Positions 10,601-17,428 of a stretch of 59,181 nt of DNA are shown in pieces (within the stretch, counting starts at the first letter, position 1; each line of letters starts with the position of its first letter). A program made the translations under genes and the position numbers. This DNA is from a virus (lineage: Duplodnaviria > Caudoviricetes): IMG/VR virus record IMGVR_UViG_3300035670_000237, positions 1-59,181 of that record; one strand, 5' to 3'. Below the pieces are notes generated by a model. That model did no database searches. It had not been told where the DNA came from and saw nothing but the letters and a program-made list of their open reading frames with translations.

Positions 10601-13600
10601 ACCAGGCTTGACGCCCGCCAGGCGCGACGCCAGAAAGGCCAGCGGCACAGGCGTGCTGTACGCCTGCTCACGCACGCTGGTGGATGAGCGCATGCCCAGC
10701 GTCGGCTGCAGCCCGTACAGGTTGACCAGGCGGTCGTAGATCACACCGTCGGCGCGTCCCTGAGCACGTGCGGCCTGCACGATCTCCCGCGCAGCCAGTA
10801 CAACGGCGTTCTCCACCGTCTCGTCGGCCCGCTTGGCAGCCTGAGAACCCGGCTCGACGGCCTGCCCGGTCAGCTCGGCAATAACCTTGCGCGCCTCGAC
10901 GATGGTCTTGAAGCCGTCGCCGCCGATGAAGAGGTCAGCAATGGCCTGCGCCAGGGCCTGCCGGCCAGCAGCCGTGCCCAGGGAAGGGCTGGCCGCTGCG
11001 CCAGGCCGTGCTGGTGCGGGAGCTGGTGTGGGAGCTGGTGTGGATTCCTCGGCCTTCAGTGCGGCATCGATGTCCGCATCCTCGACATCGGCCGCACGGT
11101 CCATGTCGGCCTTCAAACCAGCCGCGCGCGGGTCGTTGCGCACAGCCAAGTACCAGGACACGAGGTAAGGCTTCACCGCGTCGCCCAGGTCGTCCACCAT
11201 TGCCCGGGCGTAGGCAGCGAATCGGCGCGCGCCGCGCTCGATGTGATACCCCGCCAGCGTGATGCCGTCCAGCATCGTCTCGGGGTCGATGCCCGACTGC
11301 AGTCGCCCGAGCTTCTTGCGCAGACGCTCGCGCGCCGCATTGGCCGCCTCTTCCGTGAAGATTGTGTTGGCGCTGCCAGGCGGGGTGGGCGCTGGCGCCT
11401 GGGCTGGTGCCTGGGCTGGTGCCTGGGCCGGTGCCTGGGCCGGTGCCTGGGCTGGTGCCTGGGCTGGTGCCTGGGCCGGTGCCTGGGCTGGTGCTTGGGC
11501 CGGTGCTTGGACTGGTTCCGCTGCAGGCGGAATAGGCGCCGGAGTCGGCGCCGGAGTCGAAATCGCCTCCGCGACAGTCGGATCGCTCGACGTGCCAATG
11601 ATGCCGCGCAGCTTCGTGCGCACCGGCTTGGGCATGTTGTTCCACAGCACGCGGTCCGGCAGGCTCTTTGCGCCGACCTGACTCAGCGCGGCGCGCTTGC
11701 CGGCGGGCGTCATGGACTGCCACCACGCCTCGGCCGCGGCGTCATCAGCCGGCGCCCCAGGCTGCTGCCCAGGCGCGCCGGCCGGCGGGTTCACCGCATC
11801 GGGGGCTTCTTGCCCCCCTTGCCCTTCTTGCCGTAGCCCATTGGCTGCTCCTTGCTGAGTTGAGGCCGCGCTTGGAGCCGGGGCGGCCGGTGCCGGCTTC
11901 TTCCTGTACCGCACCACGTCGCGGTCCATGTCCCACGAGGCACCTGGCTCTCGGGCAACCTCGTACTCGCGATCCGGGTTGGCTTGAAAGGCCGCGTTCA
12001 CCGCGATGTTGAAGGCTTTGCGGTTTTGCAGGTCAGATTCGAACGTGCCGCGCTTGAGAGTCTGGCGGTACAGCTCGGTGAGCGCGCTGTCCTCAACCCA
12101 CTTGCCCTCATCAAAACGCTGACGATCCAGCTGCTGCCGGCGCTGGCGGCGACGGTCAGCATCAAGACGCTGAATCAACTCACGGACCTCACGCTGCAGG
12201 CGCGACGTGCCCTCGAAATTCCGCTCCGCGTCGAAGTACTCCTCCTGCAGCACGCCCTCGGCCGCCTCAATGCTGGGCGCGTTGCGGATGCGATCCAGCC
12301 GATCCGCCTGGCGAGATTCGTAGGTGTCTGTTGCGGTCGTCGCGGACGGTTGCGCAGCGGCCGGTGCCGAAACGTCTACTCCGCTGCCGGTGGCTGCTGC
12401 ACCTGCGCCCTGCGCGCCAGTTCCGTCCGCGCCCTGCGGATCAGAGCCTGCCCGTTGCGAACCAGCTCCAGGTCGTTGTCCAGCTGGCCCATCTGCAGCT
12501 GCATCTGACCCAGGCGCAGGGCCTGCGCCGGGAAGTTCTCCACCGTTCGCGGCAGGCTCTTGGCCTGTCTGGGCTGGCTGGGCTGCTGGGGCTGCTGGGG
12601 CCGCTGGAGCGCCGGGTTGGGATCCTGCGACATTGAGGTCATTGGGGACATTGGCGGCTCCTTCGGCAGCGTTGTTCAGAGACTGCAGCGCTTGCAGCGG
12701 GGTGGGCGCGTCATCGAACAGGCCCATGCCCGTACCAGCGGACAGCGCCGCATTGACATACCCGTCCAGGATGGACGCCACCTTCTCGCGCCCGCGCGCC
12801 CGCGTCAGGTTCTGCCCGCCGTAGAGCACGCGCAGCGCCTCCACGGTCAGCTCGTCGGCCGGTCGGCCGGTTTCCAGGTCGACCTGGTTGGCCATGTCCA
12901 ACAGGCCCTTGCGGCCGCGTCGGGCGGTACGCACCATCTCCACGGCGCGCATCAGGTCGGCGGTGATGTCGAAGCCTGGCTCCACCACACCCGAGCGCGC
13001 CATGTCGCGCATCAGGGCCCAGCTGCCGGCCGCCTGGCGCAGCGCGCCGCCGATGGCCGAGATGTCGGTGTCGTTGCTCTCGTACAGCTCACCCACCAGA
13101 TCAGGGCGGTCGTAGGCATTGGCCAGCAGCGCAGCCTCCATGCGGCGGCGACCATCCTGCGACAGCATGCCGTCCGCCGTCATCAGCGTGGCGGTGTCCT
13201 GACCGATGCCGCGCAGCCGACCGACGAAGCCTCGCGCAAAGTCCAGGTTGGCCATGGCGTCCATGTCGCCGCCGCGGTACAGCGACAACAGCCCGGCATC
13301 AATGAGGCGGGCGTCGCCGGCGGCAAGCTCCTGCGCCGTCAGTCCCATGCCCTGGCCCTGGCTCTTGGCGGCCATGTTGGCGGTGTTGTCGCGCTCGGAG
13401 TACAGGCGCACCAGCACAGGACGCTCAAGTTGCGCCACCGCGGCCGGGTCCACGCCGTGGGTCTGCGCATCGGCCACCAGCTCGGCCTTGTAGCGCTCGG
13501 CCGTGCCGCGCTGCCAAGCCTCGCGCAGGCCGGCCGTGCGGCCATTGTTCAGCGCAATCAGGGTTCCCGGCGTCTGCTGCGCAAAGGCCGGATTGGCGCT

Positions 13601-15346
13601 TCCGTCGGCAAAGTTGGATGGCTGCAGCACAGCGGCATCCACCACGGCATAGCGAAACGGCACACGCTGACCATCGGCCATCACAGCCACGTCCTCGCGG
13701 CCCAGGGCGGATGGCTGCACGGGGGCGCCCGCATCTCCCACGGCGAACACCATTGGCGCACCCGTGTCCGGCGAGCGACTGGGGCCCAGGCGCATGTAGT
13801 CCGGATCAGCGGCAATCTGCTGCATCTGCGCCACCGACGCCGCGCGCGTTCGGTCTCGGTTCTGCAGGTTCTGGGCGGAGTCGTCCACCGATGGCGGGGC
13901 GCCACCGGTCGCCGGGGGTGTTGCAGGGGGCGGTACCGGCGCCGCGTTGGCCAGCGTGGCCGTTGGTGCAGCCGGTGACGCCGCGGGTGATGCCCCGGGC
14001 GGTGCGGGCGGTGGCGCGGACAGATCCGCATCCGAATCATCCTGCAGCCGCTGCAGCAGGCCATCGAGCTCGCTTTCCTCGGCGTCGGTAAGTGCGCGGG
14101 TCTGCGACAGCAGCATCAGCGTGTTGATGCGCTGCATGTCGTCTGGGCTGATGAATACGGCCGACAGGGGTGTGGCGGTTCCGGACGAAGCGGGCGGCGT
14201 TCCAGGGCCGGATCCCGGTGGCGTAATGGGCGGCGTTCCAGGAGTGGCCCCAGGAGCACCTGGAGCACCTGGAGCACCTGGAGCACCTGAGGCACCTGAG
14301 GCCTGCGCCGGACCACGCGGGCCCATCAGGCCGCCCTGCGTCGCCACATCGACGCCCCCGCCCAGGCCAAAGCCCAGCAAGCCGGCCACGGCCAGCTCCT
14401 TGGCGGCAGATGTGCCGCTCGGCACCTCGCCCGTGCCGACCGCTCGGCCGGTGATCTGGCCTGCCGTCTCGCCAATCTCCTGGGCTCCCTCACGCAGGCC
14501 TGCGCCCAGCGCCTGGCCCGTGCGCTGCACGATGCCCTGCGACGCCACCTGCTGGCCGGTAATGGCTCGCGTCAAGGCGCCCTCGGCACCGCCCCGCGTG
14601 ATGAGCCCAGCCACCACCGAAAACGGCACCGTGATGCCTGCGGCCACGTAGGCGCGATCCATCGGCGCGCCCTTGTCCAGCAGTTCGGCGAAAGTGTCCG
14701 CCGCGTTCTGTGCCGCCACCGTGCCGGTGCCAGCCCATTGCTGGGCACGCGCCACGCGGCTGGCCAGCTCAGCCCGGCCCAGTGCCTGCGCGCCCTGACC
14801 AACCGTGGCCAGACGACCGGCCGCCGCACCCACGCCAACCGGCAGGAACATGCTGCCGATGGTCGGCAGGAACTGGTCAGCGATGGCGCCCTTGTTGCGG
14901 CCCAAAGCCTGCAGCACGCCCACGGAGTCGTCCCGCATGTCGGCTTCGAAGTTGGTCCGCTGCGCTGCAGCACGGTCCGAGCCAACCACCTGGCGGATGG
15001 CTTTCATGCCCCGCTCCATGGCCCTGGAGGTATCGCCGCCCACGCGGTCGCCTGTGGCCAAACGCGCAATGTCGGCCACGCCCTTGACGGCGGTCGGGCC
15101 GATCTGCAGCACCCCAGCCGCCGCGTCCTGCGCAACGCTGCCAACGCTCAGTCCGGGAACGTCAACGCGCGGGTCCTGGTAGTCGTCAAACTGGTCAAAG
15201 AAGTTGCCTGCAGCGCCTTGCTGCATGACCTGGTCGCGCACTGCGGCCTGGGGTGCGGCAGCAGACGGCGAGGCTTCGGCTTGCGTGGTCGCGGCCACAC
15301 CCGAAGCGTCGTCGTCATCGTCAAAGCGGTCGAAGTAGTTGGCCAT
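1673..15346 (-). CDS. Giant polyvalent DarB-like virion/ejection protein (ParB-like, N6-adenine MTase, strawberry-notch SF2 helicase, zincin-like peptidase, BECR-like, LPD38-like C-terminus)
   Basis: 4557 aa ORF. QNRDR..ParB-like region (~13.4-13.9 kb); YSTP/EPTAG/NPPF MTase motifs (~10.0-10.7 kb); GDQTGIGKGR and DESH helicase motifs (~7.1-9.4 kb); HEVLGH (~5.68 kb); VDFVWG..GLSHII (~5.0 kb). Lies at the end of the virion operon. Confidence 0.88.
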   Translation of the reverse strand: MANYFDRFDDDDDASGVAATTQAEASPSAAAPQAAVRDQVMQQGAAGNFFDQFDDYQDPRVDVPGLSVGSVAQDAAAGVLQIGPTAVKGVADIARLATGDRVGGDTSRAMERGMKAIRQVVGSDRAAAQRTNFEADMRDDSVGVLQALGRNKGAIADQFLPTIGSMFLPVGVGAAAGRLATVGQGAQALGRAELASRVARAQQWAGTGTVAAQNAADTFAELLDKGAPMDRAYVAAGITVPFSVVAGLITRGGAEGALTRAITGQQVASQGIVQRTGQALGAGLREGAQEIGETAGQITGRAVGTGEVPSGTSAAKELAVAGLLGFGLGGGVDVATQGGLMGPRGPAQASGASGAPGAPGAPGAPGATPGTPPITPPGSGPGTPPASSGTATPLSAVFISPDDMQRINTLMLLSQTRALTDAEESELDGLLQRLQDDSDADLSAPPPAPPGASPAASPAAPTATLANAAPVPPPATPPATGGAPPSVDDSAQNLQNRDRTRAASVAQMQQIAADPDYMRLGPSRSPDTGAPMVFAVGDAGAPVQPSALGREDVAVMADGQRVPFRYAVVDAAVLQPSNFADGSANPAFAQQTPGTLIALNNGRTAGLREAWQRGTAERYKAELVADAQTHGVDPAAVAQLERPVLVRLYSERDNTANMAAKSQGQGMGLTAQELAAGDARLIDAGLLSLYRGGDMDAMANLDFARGFVGRLRGIGQDTATLMTADGMLSQDGRRRMEAALLANAYDRPDLVGELYESNDTDISAIGGALRQAAGSWALMRDMARSGVVEPGFDITADLMRAVEMVRTARRGRKGLLDMANQVDLETGRPADELTVEALRVLYGGQNLTRARGREKVASILDGYVNAALSAGTGMGLFDDAPTPLQALQSLNNAAEGAANVPNDLNVAGSQPGAPAAPAAPAAQPAQTGQEPAANGGELPGAGPAPGSDAAADGPAGQRPGAGSQRAGSDPQGADGTGAQGAGAAATGSGVDVSAPAAAQPSATTATDTYESRQADRLDRIRNAPSIEAAEGVLQEEYFDAERNFEGTSRLQREVRELIQRLDADRRRQRRQQLDRQRFDEGKWVEDSALTELYRQTLKRGTFESDLQNRKAFNIAVNAAFQANPDREYEVAREPGASWDMDRDVVRYRKKPAPAAPAPSAASTQQGAANGLRQEGQGGQEAPDAVNPPAGAPGQQPGAPADDAAAEAWWQSMTPAGKRAALSQVGAKSLPDRVLWNNMPKPVRTKLRGIIGTSSDPTVAEAISTPAPTPAPIPPAAEPVQAPAQAPAQAPAQAPAQAPAQAPAQAPAQAPAQAPAQAPAPTPPGSANTIFTEEAANAARERLRKKLGRLQSGIDPETMLDGITLAGYHIERGARRFAAYARAMVDDLGDAVKPYLVSWYLAVRNDPRAAGLKADMDRAADVEDADIDAALKAEESTPAPTPAPAPARPGAAASPSLGTAAGRQALAQAIADLFIGGDGFKTIVEARKVIAELTGQAVEPGSQAAKRADETVENAVVLAAREIVQAARAQGRADGVIYDRLVNLYGLQPTLGMRSSTSVREQAYSTPVPLAFLASRLAGVKPGDRVGEPTAGNTMLLLEVAPEDAVVNELNDERAANARALGFTVTQNNAATSDMAPAGTLDVELMNPPFGVVRDDDGQPIIWAAAPNYGTREIDHAIALRALQALKDDGRAVLIVGGVNATSDEALREGYRAKAKREFYFRLYQQYNVTDHFTLDGGLYARQGASYPVDVIVINGRGKATRAMPAAELPARYDSWAALKEKIDGNAANTAVAPANAANEPGASDGAVVPAVRAAGAVRGDGPGGRGADGVAVAVRPGGPDQRNDGARPGRSGDRQPGAVGNGVDGDRPAVPRGGQPVRAQPGAANGAEPGNEQLPQPIPGQGAGANDAANEGAARGDGGNRPAGVGGDGAGRNEPALNRPADRRGQEQETATQVAYAPASSVASVGTLVPRGMRDAVLASLARVQEAVGDIDTYVAGKLGYDTAELGRYFSAEQVDALALAIYNAESDAGFVIGDQTGIGKGRVVAAMIRYALRSGKVPVFITEKPNLYADMVRDLDDIGMADELGLQAQRSAILITNGSESIPYALRREVDGEAVELERTLRAPAQKEALAKLLDGMAASGNLGEYKVIFTTYSQTQTVAGKATARMRFLQRFADGGYVIFDESHNAGGTSTRQARSKEAREAEADGENKLGRAGFARELVRNSAGSFFSSATYAKRPDVMDLYSSTNMMLAVDRPIDLAPAIQEGGVPMQQIVATMLTEDGQYIRRERTFAGVGYDTRKTTVDKATAENMATAMRQILAFSRAKEAAVDSMKKAFDKEAAVVRSVGGEKTSVAGANFGAIMHNLIDQMLLALKVQNSVEYAIERLKAGEKVVLTVSNTMGSFLKDYAEDMGLRSGEPVALSFRDLYLRYLDKQRIVKIKRPGSQADEEYRLTDNDLGEVLVRQYQQTADFIGRAGFGAAPISPIDFMHDRLRAAGFSSDEITGRSMTVNYGGGTVPTLAGRNADIRQRLRAIRGFNNGDIDAIILNQSGSTGLSLHASDKVKDQRKRRMIIVQAEKNIDTHMQMLGRVHRTGQVVTPDYTQAMADIPAEMRPAAVLMNKMASLNANTTASRKSAVTAEGVVDFMNNYGGQVAAELLMDNPEIHAALGGNERLPVPDDVTKADDELIRKLTGYIPILPLEQQESVYADLVQRYTELIEREDAMGTNKLEARALDLGARTLSSEAITAPREGDNRAMTSRFAEPSYMEKVDVARTVKPMTRAEVAAAVAQTLGDKTASQLAAELIAGLNKRHAAFVADLRARREAAGADPMRTQREVETANLQKNLVEAMLRSHAVGDSVTVLDAQQVPTYGVITAISNTGATKNPSAGSSWKMTIALANGDARSLTLTASQIGRAFTVRDQSANISLPTDDGGSRTLAVQDLFDLYSAGNVRRERRWMVTGNLLAGFAKYPGQIVSYTRDDGSVAQGVLMRRGFDFDKAKKSGSSLSLGTPARVMEFLRRAGNGAVVVDGTGALRIVSSGGKFTLTTPASKREGGKLYLDKALTRALGQDFYKRGNLMSAVSVSEAALERAVEHLLTGRQDIKLMPGSNPDVAREVLGLGESKPGKPAFSRAGGARLMSSASVQSVVDAVVSRWAQRPSIVVVQSMQDPRVPEAVRDEDAAQREAGATGSPDGFFYDGVVYLVADGIASPRQAMEALFHEVLGHYGLRAVFGDALNGILDQIGLARPDLMRPKAAQYGKVLTLAASRERVNSLRRQAGMEPLSGAALESAAVALLRRERREVAEEILADMAKAQPELGFVKRAVAALRTWLRQNVPGLEGLRLTDAEIIRSYILPARGWVERGAMGANADGARTPAVALSRSATKSVTANIDRGLRALAEAVTGKTTVHRAMFRSGMGWVDFVWGDEGKVKSSGRTVGGRGLSHIIEARMRKDGLTEAEALRVLAEMVRAVASGAETKRVESNSSTSVKIEHDGYRVGLVKNPGSNAWIITAFEIDPDARPAGYAAAAPTQSAASLSRDGMGAGSLASDAVPPSLGGATRRDSTQRGSPAGAESPASMAEPGDDGNATPMFSRNSIGPTPPPQPGPVQRNRWHALKQRVMNLTSMEGWDALRYKLQDRFIDLKRVQERIQALGGTISDLNDAYLGEELFHKRLATRTEDFLANEFRPLLQDMKTRGVDLETLERFLHARHAPEANAAMAQRNPSRAELDALELQAEAELKAVRVLLQRAMAQGTATQALEQAVAQHQERLAGVRRMQPFPGTEDERLSLSGMSDAEAAAVMAALTPAQRSDLDALAAQVDGINAKTLESLERYGLVNRQTADAWRAQYQHYIPLHRDEAHPDSQSHPIGQGFNVRGSGVRERVGSNQRVTNILAHIAMQREAALTRGEKNLVLQRLYLLVGQNPLRDFWRIGSPPMRKYLDPVTGTVRREMDGTYRKDPNVVTLRIGGKDVSIIFDQRNPQAVRLATAVKSADIGELGWVTRTVSVGTRWFASVNTQYNPIFGIVNFMRDVGSAALNLSTTPLAGKERQVLAGVHHAMRAVYRQERGKGAANPVNARWVALWRDLEEVGGTTGFRDLFADIEDRAKALTKEVAALERGQVSRVAHAFVDWLSDYNESMENAVRVAAYKVALDEGMSRERAASLAKNLTVNFNRKGQKTRDINAWYAFFNAAVQGTARMVETLTGPAGRKIMAGGVALGAINTLVGMAVMGGFDDDDEDDDNWSKIPDFVKERSLIIPVSGKDYIALPLPLGFNFLPNIGRLSVEFALGGSDKTAGKQLGALMGVLLDAFNPLGGAQPPAQLVAPTVVDPVVALLDNKDWTGRPIYREDRSPLDPQPGTALTKDTASPVGKGLATAINAVTGGTKYQPGAWSPTPDQIDYVIGQLLGGVWRETSKLMTTVASPVTGDELPLYKVPLIGRLAGTTRGTAGQSDQFYENVKAINQVENELRGRARNQEDVDGFRRAEPLAALAGAADRYSRRVSELRQLRRDLATQKPEGYRDRMREVDEQIAETMRDLNSRVRVIQRQRVIRSEAVTQ
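9535..9999 (-). CDS. Putative overprinted gene (+1 frame) nested in the giant gene, 154 aa
   Basis: AAGGAG upstream of the ATG. Protein-like composition, while the main frame here is a G/A/R/D/N-rich linker. Confidence 0.55.
   Translation of the reverse strand: MATPQTPQSPQPTPPTNQAQAMVPWCPPFVQPGLCAVMVPAGEELTESRWRFALEDRINAMTARDPDGLEIANRALSAMGLMAIDQPYHAGGSLFGHNLELRTVLSLAMNSYRNPFPAKVPARMTPRMKGLLEEMEETDLLAWVEMALAEMSPR
11397..11516 (-). repeat. Coding tandem repeat, 10 x 12 nt (PAQA)n linker
   Basis: GCCTGGGCYGGT-type units on the plus strand, the last two slightly degenerate. Translates to APAQAPAQ in the giant protein. Confidence 0.95.
11791..11841 (-). CDS. Putative overprinted basic micropeptide MGYGKKGKGGKKPPMR
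   Basis: AAGGAG-7nt-ATG. Same +1 frame as the other nested ORFs. Confidence 0.3.
   Translation of the reverse strand: MGYGKKGKGGKKPPMR
12376..12651 (-). CDS. Putative overprinted gene (+1 frame) nested in the giant gene, 91 aa
   Basis: AAGGAG-7nt-ATG. Helical Q/L/R-rich product. The main frame is a low-complexity linker. Confidence 0.45.
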   Translation of the reverse strand: MSPMTSMSQDPNPALQRPQQPQQPSQPRQAKSLPRTVENFPAQALRLGQMQLQMGQLDNDLELVRNGQALIRRARTELARRAQVQQPPAAE

Positions 15347-15378
15347 GGCAGCAGACGTTGGCGAGGTGCCAACAGGCT

Positions 15379-15393
15379 GCCATGCTTGCCACG
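15379..15393 (-). promoter_or_regulatory. Putative late promoter motif, copy 1
   Basis: CGTGGCAAGCATGGC followed by AGCCT, in the intergenic gap upstream of the giant gene. Confidence 0.7.
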
Positions 15394-15397
15394 CCGC

Positions 15398-17425
15398 TCA
15401 GGGCGCCGACGTCGCGGGCTGCACGCGCCCCACGTCGATGCGCTCACCCAGCACACGGCGCGCCGCGCCGGGGCCAAACTTGATGTCGAACTGTGCGGCC
15501 AGCGCCGGGTCGCTTTTCAAGGCAGCAATGTCGCGCGCGTTGGGCTGACGCGGGCCGGCTGGCCTGGCCTGAGCGCCAGCTGGCGCCGCCGTGGATGTGC
15601 CAGCGGGCACCGTCGTGGATGTGCCGGGACGGGCTGGCGCTGGCGTCGGTGCCGCATTGCCGGCGCCCCGGGCGCCGGCCGCCCCGGATGCCTGCGATGC
15701 CGCAGCAGCGTTCTGCTTGTTGAAGTCCACGAGGAACGCATCGGCCGCCTTCTTGGCCTGCTCCGCATTGCCCATGTTGGCCCGCAGGGCAGACTGGTAC
15801 ACATCGCCCCACCACTCCTGGGGCGACTTGCTGCGGTTGGTGCGCGCCCACTGCAGCGCTGCAGCCATGGAGTCAATGCCGGGGATCCTGGCCGCCAGCG
15901 CAGCCCTGGCCAGCTTGACCTCGGCCGGCGCGTTCTTGTCGCCGCCGTCCTCCAGCTTCAACCCAGCCTTTACGGCGGCAAGGCGGGCCGCGTTGACGGC
16001 CTGGGCATCACCGGCTTGGTTGGCGGCCTCCAGCTCGGCCAGAGCCTCGCGCTGGGCCTTGGTGTCCGCCTGCTCGCGCTTGTCCTTGCCCGCCGCGCGC
16101 CCCTCCTGCGCCTCGGCCCGGGCGTCCTGGTTGCGGTTGAGCGTGATGTTGCTGCTCTTGCCTGCCACGTCGTTGGCGTTGGCGGCAAGCTGCGCGGTCA
16201 GCCCGTTCTCAGCCGCCACCGCCTTGGCCAGGCTTTCGTTGACCTTGCCGATCATTTCCAGCGCGCGCGTGGGGTTCAGCGCCATCAGGGCTGAGGCCGC
16301 GTACAGCTGCGCCTGGTCGTTGCGGTTGAGCTTGGCGAAGCTGCCCTCGCCGCTGTCCGGGTCCACCACCGACAAGCGGACCATGCCGTTCTTGTCGGGC
16401 TTGCCAAGAGTCAGGCTGCGCGAGTTGCGGTTGATGCCGGCCATCGCATCGCTGATCTGCTGGGCTGACCCGTCGTACGCCTTGTAGGCCTGCGACCACA
16501 CGCCGTCCTCGGCCAGTGTGCGCATCTCCTGCTGCAGCGTGCGCGCGCTCTGCATGTCACCACTGGCCAGCGCGTACTCGAGCTGGCGATTCATCTGCGC
16601 GATGCGCTGCCCATAGTCGGCGGGATCGACCGCCTTGCGCCGAGTCAGCCGAGCTTCGTTGTCGGCGTTGGACAGCCGGACGGCGGGCTTGCCGGCCGCG
16701 GGCGCGGCGGCTGCCGCGGGCAGAGCCGGGGCAGCGGTCTGGGCTGGCGCCGCGGGTGCAGCAGCAGGCGCCGCAGGCAAGACGGGCGCGGCATTGCTCG
16801 ACATCGAGCGTACCAACGACCTGACGGGCGCAGCGGGTGCGGCGGGCGTGCTGGCGGACGCAGCCGGCGCGCCGGGGACGCCGATCGTCACCGGTGGCGT
16901 CGGATTGGCAACCTCATCGGTCAGTGAGGACACGGGAAACGACTGCGCCGCCACGGACGGCAAGCCAACCTCTGGCGGCTGACGTCGAGCGGCATCGATT
17001 GCCATCGAACGCGAGGCAACGGCCGCCGGCATGGCAATGGGCGGCGCGCCAGCGCCTGGCACACCCGCATCCGACGACATCCGAAGGGCGGCATCCACGC
17101 CGCGCCCCTGCGCCCGCGCCACCGCCTCCTGCTTGACCCGACGGTCGGATGCCGCCAGCTCGGCCTCGAAGTCAGCGTCCAGGGCGGCGTCGGTGCCGGC
17201 GCGGTCAATGCCAGCGGCCTCGTCGCGCATCGTTCGACGCAGGTCCGCCAACTCGCGCTGCTGCGCCAGCCGGCCGCGGCTTTCGTCCAGGCCCAGCCGC
17301 ACCGCCTCGAGGCGCAGCGCGCGCTCCTCAGCCTCAGCCTTGCGGCGCTCCTCACGGTCCTGGTTGTCCAAAGAGCGCTGGTAGATGGACGAACCCATCT
17401 GGAAACCCGTCTGAAAGGCACCCAT
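15398..17425 (-). CDS. Putative internal virion/DNA ejection protein
   Basis: 675 aa, Ala-rich and helical, N-terminal GAFQTGFQMG. Position between the tail genes and the giant protein. Confidence 0.65.
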   Translation of the reverse strand: MGAFQTGFQMGSSIYQRSLDNQDREERRKAEAEERALRLEAVRLGLDESRGRLAQQRELADLRRTMRDEAAGIDRAGTDAALDADFEAELAASDRRVKQEAVARAQGRGVDAALRMSSDAGVPGAGAPPIAMPAAVASRSMAIDAARRQPPEVGLPSVAAQSFPVSSLTDEVANPTPPVTIGVPGAPAASASTPAAPAAPVRSLVRSMSSNAAPVLPAAPAAAPAAPAQTAAPALPAAAAAPAAGKPAVRLSNADNEARLTRRKAVDPADYGQRIAQMNRQLEYALASGDMQSARTLQQEMRTLAEDGVWSQAYKAYDGSAQQISDAMAGINRNSRSLTLGKPDKNGMVRLSVVDPDSGEGSFAKLNRNDQAQLYAASALMALNPTRALEMIGKVNESLAKAVAAENGLTAQLAANANDVAGKSSNITLNRNQDARAEAQEGRAAGKDKREQADTKAQREALAELEAANQAGDAQAVNAARLAAVKAGLKLEDGGDKNAPAEVKLARAALAARIPGIDSMAAALQWARTNRSKSPQEWWGDVYQSALRANMGNAEQAKKAADAFLVDFNKQNAAAASQASGAAGARGAGNAAPTPAPARPGTSTTVPAGTSTAAPAGAQARPAGPRQPNARDIAALKSDPALAAQFDIKFGPGAARRVLGERIDVGRVQPATSAP

Positions 17426-17428
17426 CGC

